Source: an uncultured Planctomycetia bacterium (GTDB lineage Bacteria > Omnitrophota > Gorgyraeia > 2-02-FULL-51-18). Taken from it: a DNA stretch of 64,000 nt. Positions 27,543-36,448 of this stretch are shown here, in pieces (the stretch's first letter is position 1; each line of letters begins with the position of its first letter). The translations under genes were made by a program, and so were the position numbers. Where the stretch lies: positions 71,519-135,518 of the forward strand of contig CAYSKO010000004.1 of assembly GCA_964431835.1 (NCBI GenBank). Direction: 5' to 3'. A model generated the notes under the pieces. It searched no databases, was not told where the DNA came from, and saw only the letters and a list, made by a program, of their open reading frames with translations.

Positions 27543-29539
27543 AGAGACGCGGCACGTTCGACGCGGGCGATCTCTTTTTCCAGTAATTTGGGATCTTTTT
27601 CGGACGATTCAAGGATGAGACGCCGCGCGGAGAGAAGCGTCGCGGCGCCTGAGCCGTCCCCCGCCAGGACGCGGGCCGCCAAGGCGTAACCCAGAGCCTC
27701 TTTTTCGTAGGCAGGGTAACGCGTCCGAACGAGTGTTTCGTAATCGCCGGCCGGCATCCGCCCGAGCATCGCGCGAGCCATGTCCCCGTACCACCCTTCC
27801 CCGCCCTCCGCCAACAAGACCTCGAGCTCCTGCCTCGTCTCGGTGTCCCGGCCATCGCGGTACAACGACAGCGAACGCGCGGCGCGGAGGATCGAACGCA
27901 GTTTCGGCTTTCCCTCGAAGGCCCGAAGCCCTTCGTCGGTCCAGCGCAGACCCAAGTCGAGTTTGCCGTCGAGTTCGTACGCAAGGAGAAGGTTCACGTA
28001 TAGACGCAGCTCTTCGGGCTGCATGCGCCAGGCAGCTTCGAAGGCTCCCGCCGCGTCCGCGTAGCGGCCCATCCCCATGAGCGCGACTCCAGCGTTCGTG
28101 AGCGCCGCCGAATCGGGGCCGTCCAGCGCGTACGCCTTCTTGAAATAGGGATAGGCGTCGGCGTAACGCTTCGTCTTAAGGAAATAAGCGCCCATGTTGA
28201 ACTGGTTCACCTCCGAAGTGGGATCGATGGCGAGCGCCGTGCGGAAATAAACCGCCGCCTTCCCCAGATCGCCGTTCTGAAAATAAATTCGCCCCAGGTT
28301 GAGGTGGCCGTAATAAGCATAGGGCGTATCGGACTTCGAGAGCGTGTCGTAAAACCGCTCGTTGTCGGAGTAGAACGTATTCCGCTGGTAGGTGCGGAGG
28401 GCGAAAAACGAGGAAAAAGCGAACGCCGCCGCGAACGCCGCGATCGCACAGGCCCGAGGAGCGGCGAGCGCTCGCGCGAGGCCGGCCGCCAAAACGAACG
28501 CGAATCCGATCGACGGAAAAAGGAAGTAATGCTCGGCCCACTGAGGATAAAACGGCACGATTTGGAGATAGGGGCCGAAAGAAAGCGCCGCCAGCGTGAG
28601 CCCGAAGAACGCCGCGCCGCGCCGCCGGAGCGCCATGATCCAGAGCGTAAGATAAGAGCCCACCACCGCGAGAGTGGCCGCGACACGCGGATCGGCGAAC
28701 GTCTTCACGAAAGCGATGGAATCGCAATATTTGAAGGGCTCGGGAAAAAGGAGGGCTCGGACGTAGCGGAGGTACGGGTCCCCCATCGAAAGAAGCCGGA
28801 GCGCGGCACCTTTCGCGTCTGTCACCGGCGGAGCCAGCGGCACCGCGCAGCCGAATTTACGAAAAAGAAGGAAAGCCGCTCCGACGGCCGCGTACGGCAC
28901 GAGCCTCCGGACGAGATCTTTGAAGGACGATCGCACGAACGCGACATCCAGCACGATAACGTAGAGCGGCAGAAGAATGCAGCTTTCCTTCGCGAAAAGG
29001 GAGATCGCGTACGCCGCGAGCGCGCCCGTCCGCTCTCCGCGCCAGTAAAGGAGGAGGGCCGAGAGCGTGAAAGCCGCGCCCAGAAGATCCCCACGGCTGG
29101 CGATATACGTGACCGACTCGGTGTGAATCGTGTTCACCGCGAACGCGAGCGCCGCGACGAAGGCCGCGCCCACATTTCCGGTCGCCCTGAAAAGAAGCCT
29201 GAGGAGAAGGAGCGCGATCCCGCAGTGGAGCGCGAGATTCGTCAGGTTGTATCCGAGCGGATTCAGTTTCCAGAAGCTGTAGTCGAGCGCGAACGTGACC
29301 GACGTGAGCGGCCGGTAGTACTGGGTCCAAGAGAGCGTGCGGTCCGTCTTGTAGAAAAAGCCGGTGGCGAAGAGTTCGGGCACGGAGGAAAGCTCGCGGA
29401 GAAGGGAGTTCTCCATGATGATCGATTCCTCGTCGAAAAGAAAGTTGTGCCCGAGAGAGGCGCTGTACAAAAGAACCAGCGCCGCGCAAAGGACGAAGCC
29501 GGCAAGAAAGACGGGGTGGCGGAAACGGTGAGTTCTCAA
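27539..29539 (-). CDS. TMTC-like polytopic GT-C glycosyltransferase with C-terminal TPRs
   Basis: FLFDE acidic motif after TM1, YYRPL, HTESV...SRGDLL, KES and AEHYFLFPS motifs; many TM helices, then TPRs. Confidence 0.8.
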   Translation of the reverse strand: MRTHRFRHPVFLAGFVLCAALVLLYSASLGHNFLFDEESIIMENSLLRELSSVPELFATGFFYKTDRTLSWTQYYRPLTSVTFALDYSFWKLNPLGYNLTNLALHCGIALLLLRLLFRATGNVGAAFVAALAFAVNTIHTESVTYIASRGDLLGAAFTLSALLLYWRGERTGALAAYAISLFAKESCILLPLYVIVLDVAFVRSSFKDLVRRLVPYAAVGAAFLLFRKFGCAVPLAPPVTDAKGAALRLLSMGDPYLRYVRALLFPEPFKYCDSIAFVKTFADPRVAATLAVVGSYLTLWIMALRRRGAAFFGLTLAALSFGPYLQIVPFYPQWAEHYFLFPSIGFAFVLAAGLARALAAPRACAIAAFAAAFAFSSFFALRTYQRNTFYSDNERFYDTLSKSDTPYAYYGHLNLGRIYFQNGDLGKAAVYFRTALAIDPTSEVNQFNMGAYFLKTKRYADAYPYFKKAYALDGPDSAALTNAGVALMGMGRYADAAGAFEAAWRMQPEELRLYVNLLLAYELDGKLDLGLRWTDEGLRAFEGKPKLRSILRAARSLSLYRDGRDTETRQELEVLLAEGGEGWYGDMARAMLGRMPAGDYETLVRTRYPAYEKEALGYALAARVLAGDGSGAATLLSARRLILESSEKDPKLLEKEIARVERAASL

Positions 29540-29547
29540 AAGAGTAT

Positions 29548-29581
29548 AAAAAACCCCCGCCGTTTTCCGGCGGGGGTTTTT
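29548..29581 (-). terminator. Strong, potentially bidirectional intrinsic terminator after the pilin
   Basis: AAAAACCCCCGCCG-GAAAA-CGGCGGGGGTTTTTT. Confidence 0.9.
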
Positions 29582-29598
29582 CTTCGATTCTTCTTACG

Positions 29599-29961
29599 TT
29601 ACGGCAGAACGTGCAGGTTCGTGCCGGCCGAGTTCGCGCAGACCGGGTTGATGCTGATCGCGCCGACCGTGTACGTCGAGGACGCGCCCGAGATCGGCTC
29701 TTCCGGAACCGCTCCGCCCTTGAGATACGCAGACATCTGCGCGGTCGTCGGGGTGGCGGTTTCGTCGAGCGGAACTTCCAGCGCGGCCTGGTCCTTCGCG
29801 GACGAGATGAGACGCATGTTGTTGATACACGTGTTGCGGCGAGCGGTCACGCGGGCCTGGACGAAGTTCGGCACCGCGATCGCGGCCAGAAGGCCGATGA
29901 TCGCCACGACGATCATGATTTCGACGAGCGTGAAGCCCATCGTATTTTTACGGATGATCAT
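29599..29961 (-). CDS. pilA: Type IV pilin, probably the major pilin
   Basis: Class III signal G|FTLVEIMIVVAIIGLLAAIAVP; own promoter and terminator; 120 aa. Confidence 0.88.
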   Translation of the reverse strand: MIIRKNTMGFTLVEIMIVVAIIGLLAAIAVPNFVQARVTARRNTCINNMRLISSAKDQAALEVPLDETATPTTAQMSAYLKGGAVPEEPISGASSTYTVGAISINPVCANSAGTNLHVLP

Positions 29962-30107
29962 AGAAACACCCCTTTGTTCCCTCTCCGAACCGGAGAAGCC
30001 GTTCGAAGGGAGCTGTCCCGATAATCGAGGGGCCGGAAGTTTAGTAGGATGGCGGTTTCCGTCTTGCGCCCTCGCCTTACAATCTATTATCAGGATTCCC
30101 TTCCTTT
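29962..30107 (-). promoter_or_regulatory. Long structured 5' UTR of the pilin (candidate cis-regulatory RNA)
   Basis: Nested stems spanning 30005-30103 plus two hairpins next to the Shine-Dalgarno. Confidence 0.55.
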
Positions 30108-30113
30108 GATCAA

Positions 30114-30142
30114 AGCATAACACTAGCTAACTGATTTGTCAA
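30114..30142 (-). promoter_or_regulatory. Sigma70 promoter for the pilin
   Basis: TTGACA (30137-30142), 17 nt spacer, TG-T-TATGCT (30114-30119). Confidence 0.85.
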
Positions 30143-30154
30143 TGGCCTTTCCAC

Positions 30155-31369
30155 TTAGTTCTGGACCAGGGTCGAGAGCTTGAAGATCGGCATGAACATA
30201 CAAATGACGATGCCGCCAATCACGATGCCTAAGAAAGCGATGACAAGGGGCTCGATGAGGCTCGTCAGAGCCGAAACGGAGGCGTCGACCTGGTCGTCGT
30301 AGAAATCGGCGATTTTGGTGAGCATCTTTTCGAGCTCGCCCGTCTGCTCGCCGACGGAGATCATGCGGACGACCAGCGGCGGGAACACCTTGCTGCGCAT
30401 GAGCGGGGTCGTGATGTTTTCGCCGTCCCGGATCGACTGCCTTACCTTCTCGATGGCGTTCTCGATGATGACGTTCCCCGAGGTCTTGCCGACGATCTCG
30501 AGCGCCTGGAGGATGGGGACGCCGGATTTGACGAGGGTCGCGAGCGTCCGGGTGAACTTGGAGACGGCCACCTTACGCAGCAGGATGCCGAAGATCGGCA
30601 TGCGGAGCTTCTGTGCGTCGAAGAAGAGCCTGCCCTTCTCGGTCTTTGCGAAGCGCTTGAGGAGCACGATGCCACCGAACGCGCCGCCCACCCAGATGAC
30701 GAAGCTCGCCAGAAGAAAGTCGCTGATGTTGATCAGGATCTGCGTCGGGAGAGGCAGCTCTCCGCCGAAATCCGCGAAGATGGATTTAAAGACCGGCACG
30801 ACCTTGAGCATGAGGACGAGCGTGATCGCCATCGCCATACAGACGACGACGGTCGGATAAACCATCGCGGATTTCACCTTGCGCACGAGATGGTCGGTCT
30901 TTTCGAGGTACGACGCCAGACGTTCCATGATGTCGTCGAGAGCACCCGAGGATTCGCCCGCTTTGACCATGTTCACGAAAAGCGGAGAGAACGCGCGCGG
31001 GTGCTTGCCGAGCGCTTCGTTGAAGCTCGAGCCGGTGGCGACGTCCTTCTTCACCTCGGCGACGATCGCCTTGAAACCCTTGTTGTCGATCTGTTCGGTC
31101 AGGATCTCGAGCGCCTGCATGAGCGGGATGCCCGAATCGATCATGGTGGCCAGCTGGCGCGAGAAAAGAACGAGTTCTTGAAGCTTGATCTTGCCGCCGC
31201 CCTTCGCCGCCTTTCCGATCTTCGCCTTCTGCTTGTCGGGCTTGAGCGTGATGACGACGAGTTCCTGTTTGCGCAGGATTTCGAGCATCGAGCGTTCGTC
31301 ATTGGCCTCCATGACCCCGGCAACCGAACGGCCGGAGCGGTCCTTGGCGGTGTAACGGTATGCGCTCAT
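30155..31369 (-). CDS. pilC: Type IV pilus platform protein PilC (GspF family)
   Basis: FSRQLATMIDSG, AGESSGAL, KSAMVYP and GEQTGEL motifs. Confidence 0.95.
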   Translation of the reverse strand: MSAYRYTAKDRSGRSVAGVMEANDERSMLEILRKQELVVITLKPDKQKAKIGKAAKGGGKIKLQELVLFSRQLATMIDSGIPLMQALEILTEQIDNKGFKAIVAEVKKDVATGSSFNEALGKHPRAFSPLFVNMVKAGESSGALDDIMERLASYLEKTDHLVRKVKSAMVYPTVVVCMAMAITLVLMLKVVPVFKSIFADFGGELPLPTQILINISDFLLASFVIWVGGAFGGIVLLKRFAKTEKGRLFFDAQKLRMPIFGILLRKVAVSKFTRTLATLVKSGVPILQALEIVGKTSGNVIIENAIEKVRQSIRDGENITTPLMRSKVFPPLVVRMISVGEQTGELEKMLTKIADFYDDQVDASVSALTSLIEPLVIAFLGIVIGGIVICMFMPIFKLSTLVQN

Positions 31370-31371
31370 AA

Positions 31372-33090
31372 TTATTCGTCCTCCGAAGTGATGCGCAGGA
31401 CCTCGTCGAGCGTAGTGAGTCCCTGCGCGCATTTTCTCAGCGCGTCGTCCCGCAGGCTGGTCATACCGTTCTTCGCCGCGTGCTCGCGGATCTCGGCGGC
31501 GGAGGCCTTGCGCACGATCATGTCACGCATCGCGTCGTCGACGGTGAGCGCCTCGAGCACGCTCATGCGGCCGAAGTAACCGGTCTGATTGCATTTTTCG
31601 CACCCCTTCCCCTTCAGGAAGTTCCGCTTGGCGGGATCAGGGGCGAGTCTGTCGATGTTCACGTTCAGTCTTTCGAATACTTCCTTCGGCACTTCGATCT
31701 TCTCCTTGCAGTTCGGGCAAACCTTACGACAGAGGCGCTGGGCGCCGACCAGGACCACCGAGGAGGCGATCAGGAAGGGCTCCACGCCCATGTCCATGAG
31801 ACGCGTCATCGCGCCCGCGGCGTCATTGGTGTGGAGCGTGGATAGAACGAGCTGGCCCGTGAGCGAGGCCTTGATCGCGATGTCGGCGGTCTCGCCGTCG
31901 CGGATTTCGCCGACCATGACAACGTCGGGGCTTTGGCGAAGAATCGCTCGGAGACCGCTCGCGAAATCGAGCCCGATCTCGGCGCGCGCCTGGATCTGCG
32001 TGATGCCGCGCACCTGATATTCGATGGGGTCCTCGATCGTGATCACGTTCCTCTCCGGCGTATTGAGCTGGGAGAGGATCGAGTAAAGGGTCGTGGACTT
32101 GCCGCTTCCGGTTGGGCCGGTGATCAGGATCATACCGAAAGGCTTGGCGACCGCCTCCTGGAAGGCCTTCAGGGTGTCCGGAAAGAAGCCAAGATTCTCG
32201 AGGCCGAAGCTGAGCGCGCCCTTGTCGAGCACGCGCATGACGACCTTCGAGCCGAAATACACCGGCAGGATCGAGACGCGGAAATCGACCTCCTTCGCGG
32301 CAAGCTTCACCTTGAAACGGCCGTCTTGCGGCACGCGGTTCTCGGTGATGTCGAGTTTGGACATGATCTTGAGGCGTGTGAGGACGGCGTTCTGATTTTT
32401 CTTGGGGATCGTGAGTGCCTCTTCCAAACCGCCGTCGATGCGGTAACGCACGCGCACCGCTTTCTCGAACGGCTCGATGTGGATGTCGCTCGCACGGCGG
32501 CGCAGCGCCTCTTTCAGAATGAGATCCACGATCTTGACGACCGGGGCTTCCGAAGTCTGGGAACCGCCGCCCTCTTCGTCCCCCTTCACGACCTCCACGC
32601 TGCCGGAACCTCCGGAGGCGGCTTCCGCGATGGCGTTCATCGATTCGCCCGTGTCGCCGTAGAGCCGCTGAAGCGAGTCCGTGATGTCCTTTTCGATGCT
32701 AATGACGGCCTCGACCTTGCGGCGCGTGCAGATGGCGATGTCGTCGATGGCGAACACGTTGAACGGGTCGGACATCGCGATCGTAAGCGCGTTCCCGATC
32801 TCGGAGATCGGAACGATCTGGTGCTTGCGCGCGAGCTTCTCGGGCACGAGCCTTGAGAGCTCGGGATTGATCTTAATCTTGTTCAAATTGAGGAACGGAA
32901 TCTTGAGCTCCACCGAAACGAGCGAGAGGAGCTCGCGCTCGCTGATGAGACCCATCTTCACGAAGACGTCGCGGAGCTTGCCGCCTTCCTCCTTCGAATA
33001 CTGCGCGAGCGCGCGCTGGATGTCGGCCTCGCTGACCTTGCCCGTCTCTTTGAGGAGCTCGATGACCCGTTCCGAGAGATTCCGGCTCAC
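31372..33090 (-). CDS. pilB: PilB/GspE extension ATPase, paralog 2 (degenerate MshEN)
   Basis: GPTGSGKSTT, EDPIEY, VGEIRD, TLHTNDA, tetracysteine motif; GTGA overlap with paralog 1. Confidence 0.92.
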   Translation of the reverse strand: MSRNLSERVIELLKETGKVSEADIQRALAQYSKEEGGKLRDVFVKMGLISERELLSLVSVELKIPFLNLNKIKINPELSRLVPEKLARKHQIVPISEIGNALTIAMSDPFNVFAIDDIAICTRRKVEAVISIEKDITDSLQRLYGDTGESMNAIAEAASGGSGSVEVVKGDEEGGGSQTSEAPVVKIVDLILKEALRRRASDIHIEPFEKAVRVRYRIDGGLEEALTIPKKNQNAVLTRLKIMSKLDITENRVPQDGRFKVKLAAKEVDFRVSILPVYFGSKVVMRVLDKGALSFGLENLGFFPDTLKAFQEAVAKPFGMILITGPTGSGKSTTLYSILSQLNTPERNVITIEDPIEYQVRGITQIQARAEIGLDFASGLRAILRQSPDVVMVGEIRDGETADIAIKASLTGQLVLSTLHTNDAAGAMTRLMDMGVEPFLIASSVVLVGAQRLCRKVCPNCKEKIEVPKEVFERLNVNIDRLAPDPAKRNFLKGKGCEKCNQTGYFGRMSVLEALTVDDAMRDMIVRKASAAEIREHAAKNGMTSLRDDALRKCAQGLTTLDEVLRITSEDE

Positions 33091-34853
33091 GAAAGCACCT
33101 CGTCGCGCACGGTCACGCGCATAACTTCCTCGGGAGTGGTGACGCCGGCGAAAATCTTGGCGATCCCGTTCTCGCGGAGCGTCTTCATCCCCTCGCGGCG
33201 ACCGACTTCCTTTATCTGGTATTCCTGCGCCCCTTTTAGAATGAGGGCACGAACGTCGGGAGAAAGAACGAGCGCCTCGAGGAGCACCGCGCGGCCCGAA
33301 TAACCTTTTTTTCCGCACGCGTCGCAACCGCGCCCCTTGTAGATGAGCGGCTTCTCGACTCTTTTCAATTCTTCGGGCGTGACGCCCAGCTGTTTCAGAA
33401 GCTCGGGCGACGGTTCGTAGCTTTCCTTGCAGGCGTTGCAAATCTTTCGAACGAGGCGCTGGGAACCGGCGAGCAGCACCGAGGAGGTGATGAGGAAAGG
33501 CTCGATCCCCATGTTCACAAAACGAGTGACCGCTCCGGCGGCGGTCGTCGCGTGGAGCGTGGAGAGAACCAGATGCCCGGTGAGTGCCGCCTTGATCGCA
33601 ACGTCAGCCGTTTCGCCGTCGCGGATCTCGCCAACCATGATGATGTCGGGGTCCTGGCGGAGGATCGAGCGAAGAGCGGCGGCGAACGTGAGTTTCACCT
33701 CGGAACGAATCGCGACCTGGTTGATACCTTCGATTTGAAATTCCACGGGGTCTTCCACCGTGATGATATTTTTATCGGGCGAGTCGACGAGCTTGAGAAC
33801 CGAATAGAGAGTGGTCGTTTTGCCGGCGCCGGTCGGGCCGCAGACGACGATCATGCCGTGCGGATGCTTGGACGCGTCGCGCAGCGCCTGGAGCGGCTCG
33901 GGTTCGAAGCCGAGTTTCGTGAGGTCGAGAATGGCCTGGCTCTTGTCGAGCACGCGCAGAACCACCTTCTCTCCCCAGTAGGTCGGGAGCACCGACACGC
34001 GGAAATCGACGTACTTGTCGTTCACCTTGATCTTGAAACGGCCGTCCTGGGGCACGCGGTGCTCGGCGATATCCAAATTCGACATGACCTTGATGCGCGA
34101 AACGACGCCGGAGTGCATGACTCGGTTGGTGGTGACGCCCTCCTGCAGCATGCCGTCCACGCGAAAACGCACGCGCATGCTCTTTTCCTCGGGCTCGATG
34201 AAGATGTCGCTCGCCCGACGACGGACCGCCTCGAACATGATCGAGTTCGTGAGCTTGACGACGGGCTCCTCGTCCATGAGCCGCATGAGTTCCTGCGCCG
34301 AACCCTCCTGGCTCGCGGAAGCCTCGGCTAGCTCGATAGAATCCCCACCTGCCTCCATGTCCTTGACGGCGTCCTGAAGGCTCTGCGAGACGTTTTCGCC
34401 GTGGTACTGTTCGATCGCTTCGCGGATCTCCTTCTCCCCCGCGAGCACGGGGCGGATCTGGAGCTTCGTTGCACGGCGCACATCGTCGATCGCCTGGACG
34501 TTGAGAGGGTCGGCCATCGCGAGCGTCAGGGAATCGCCAGAGCGCGAGACGGGTAGGATGCAGTAAAGATCGACGAGTTTTTTGGGCACGAGCTTCACGA
34601 TATCCGGCTCAAGCTTCATCTTCGACGGGCGCACGATGGGAACATCGAGTTCGGCCGAGAGGACTTCGAGCAGGTTCTCGCGCGAGATGTATCCGAGGCG
34701 AACGAGAATGTCCCCGATCTTTTCCTTTTTGTCCTTCTGAATCTTCAGCGCCTCTTCGAGCTTCTCCGGCGTGATGAGCCCCTTTTTAAGGAGCACGCTC
34801 CCCAGGCGCTCTTTGAGGGTGATCCGTTTGGGACCGTCGCCGTCTTTGGTCAT
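33087..34853 (-). CDS. pilB: PilB/GspE extension ATPase, paralog 1 (intact MshEN motif)
   Basis: RLGSVLLKKGLITPEKLEEALKIQ; GPTGAGKTTT, EDPVEF, VGEIRD, tetracysteine motif. Confidence 0.93.
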   Translation of the reverse strand: MTKDGDGPKRITLKERLGSVLLKKGLITPEKLEEALKIQKDKKEKIGDILVRLGYISRENLLEVLSAELDVPIVRPSKMKLEPDIVKLVPKKLVDLYCILPVSRSGDSLTLAMADPLNVQAIDDVRRATKLQIRPVLAGEKEIREAIEQYHGENVSQSLQDAVKDMEAGGDSIELAEASASQEGSAQELMRLMDEEPVVKLTNSIMFEAVRRRASDIFIEPEEKSMRVRFRVDGMLQEGVTTNRVMHSGVVSRIKVMSNLDIAEHRVPQDGRFKIKVNDKYVDFRVSVLPTYWGEKVVLRVLDKSQAILDLTKLGFEPEPLQALRDASKHPHGMIVVCGPTGAGKTTTLYSVLKLVDSPDKNIITVEDPVEFQIEGINQVAIRSEVKLTFAAALRSILRQDPDIIMVGEIRDGETADVAIKAALTGHLVLSTLHATTAAGAVTRFVNMGIEPFLITSSVLLAGSQRLVRKICNACKESYEPSPELLKQLGVTPEELKRVEKPLIYKGRGCDACGKKGYSGRAVLLEALVLSPDVRALILKGAQEYQIKEVGRREGMKTLRENGIAKIFAGVTTPEEVMRVTVRDEVLS

Positions 34854-35287
34854 GACTTGTAGCAACGCTTGATCGCCTCGTTTACGTCTGTCGCCGTGGA
34901 CACGAAAACCTGTACCTTGAGATGCGTGACCGTCTCGACGTCCTCGATCGCCGGCGCGTTGAGAGGGTTCGACATCGCGATGGTCACGACCCCGCCAATG
35001 CGGTCGACCGCGATGAGCCCGTACTGCTTGGCGACGTTCTCCGGAATCAGCTTCGCGACGTCGGTCTCGATGTCATATCCGGATAGCGGCAGAAAAGGGA
35101 AGCCGTACTGCGCCGTCAGCGCCTGCGCGATCGCTTCCTCCGTCGTGTGCCCCAGCGCCACGAGGATCTGGCCGATCAGCCCGCCCTTCTCCTTCTGGAC
35201 CCCGAGCGCTTCCGTCAAATTCTCGGGCGTGATCAACTTGCTGTCGATCAAAAGTTCCCCGAGTTGTTTCTGTATGATCTTTTTCAT
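34850..35287 (-). CDS. Stand-alone MshEN/GspE N-terminal domain protein
   Basis: QLGELLIDSKLITPENLTEALGVQ...LIGQILVALG...AMSNP; no ATPase domain; 145 aa. Confidence 0.85.
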   Translation of the reverse strand: MKKIIQKQLGELLIDSKLITPENLTEALGVQKEKGGLIGQILVALGHTTEEAIAQALTAQYGFPFLPLSGYDIETDVAKLIPENVAKQYGLIAVDRIGGVVTIAMSNPLNAPAIEDVETVTHLKVQVFVSTATDVNEAIKRCYKS

Positions 35288-35305
35288 TCGATTCCATCGA
35301 AAGCT

Positions 35306-36412
35306 TTACCGGAACAGTGATTTTTTTGCGGGCTCCTGAGAGGTCGTCGGCTGCAGGAGACGCTCGAGTTCCTGGACGTCCGAAGAGCGGCTGTAAGCGG
35401 ACTCTCGCGTGATCTTGCCGGTGTTCACGAGCTCCGCGAGGCTCATATTGAGCGTCTTCATGCCCTCCTTCTGTCCCATCTGAATCGCCGAATAGATTTG
35501 GTGCGATTTCGAATCGCGGATCAGCGTGCGCACGGCGTTGTTCGCGAGGAGGATCTCCGGCGCAAGCGCGAGGCCCCCGCCGATCTTGCCGATCAGCTGC
35601 TGCGAGATGACCGCCTGGAGCACGAAGGACACCTGCACGCGAACCTGTTGCTGCTGATGCGCCGGGAACACGTCGATGATACGGTTGATCGACTGCACCG
35701 CGTCCGGCGTGTGCAGCGTCGCGAACACCAAGTGACCGGTTTCCGCGACGGTGAGCGCGATCTCGATCGTTTCCAAATCGCGCATTTCTCCGATCAGGAT
35801 GACGTCGGGATCCTGACGTAGGACATGCTTGAGCGCCTGGTTGAACGAATGTGTATCGGAGCCGACCTCACGCTGATTGATCGTCGCCTTCTTGTTCTTG
35901 AAGATGAACTCGATGGGATCCTCGACCGTGACGATGTGGACCTCCTGCGTCGAGTTGATGTGGTCGATCATCGCCGCGAGAGTGGTGGTCTTGCCGCTGC
36001 CGGTCGCGCCCGTGACGAGCACGAGCCCCGACGGACGGTCGGTCAGCTGTTGGGCGACATGGAGCGGGAATCCGATCTGCTCGAACGTCTTCGGATCGAA
36101 CGGCAGCGCGCGGATGGCCGCGGCGATCGCGCCTCTCTGGAAGAAGAGGTTTACGCGGAACCGGCCAAGACCGTTCACGCCGAACGAATAGTCGAGTTCG
36201 CGCTCCCGTTCGAAAATCTTGAACCGTTCCTCGGAAAGGTGCTGACGGATCAGCCGCACCATGTAGTCGTGGTTGAAGAGGTCGGGAGAAATCTCGACGA
36301 GATCCCCGTCCACGCGCATCGTCGGTTTCACGCCGTCGCCGATATGAAGATCGGAGGCGCGGCTCTTGACGGCGAATTCAAGCAGTTCTGCGAGCGTCTT
36401 TTCGGAAGCCAT
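35306..36412 (-). CDS. pilT: Type IV pilus retraction ATPase PilT
   Basis: GRFRVNLFFQRG, GATGSGKTTT, AETGHLVFATLH and AVRTLIRD (AIRNLIRE-like) motifs. Confidence 0.95.
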   Translation of the reverse strand: MASEKTLAELLEFAVKSRASDLHIGDGVKPTMRVDGDLVEISPDLFNHDYMVRLIRQHLSEERFKIFERERELDYSFGVNGLGRFRVNLFFQRGAIAAAIRALPFDPKTFEQIGFPLHVAQQLTDRPSGLVLVTGATGSGKTTTLAAMIDHINSTQEVHIVTVEDPIEFIFKNKKATINQREVGSDTHSFNQALKHVLRQDPDVILIGEMRDLETIEIALTVAETGHLVFATLHTPDAVQSINRIIDVFPAHQQQQVRVQVSFVLQAVISQQLIGKIGGGLALAPEILLANNAVRTLIRDSKSHQIYSAIQMGQKEGMKTLNMSLAELVNTGKITRESAYSRSSDVQELERLLQPTTSQEPAKKSLFR

Positions 36413-36448
36413 CGTGTGTCCCTCTCCTTTACGGTTGTCTTCGAATCC

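Noticed and set aside
30020-30085. GGGCGCAAG and CUAAAC in the pilin leader recall the c-di-GMP-I riboswitch
   Set aside because: The spacing is wrong and there is no convincing GNRA-capped P2 stem, so it is not called; an Infernal RF01051 search would settle it
30005-30103. Long bulged hairpin as 6S RNA
   Set aside because: About 100 nt with a one-sided bulge and no terminator of its own; it fits a pilin leader better
29962-30123. N-terminal extension of the pilin ORF, and similar extensions on pilB2, proA, proC, aroA and the GT genes in the ORF track
   Set aside because: The upstream starts overlap promoters or neighbouring genes; downstream starts have SDs or stop/start overlaps and match family N-termini
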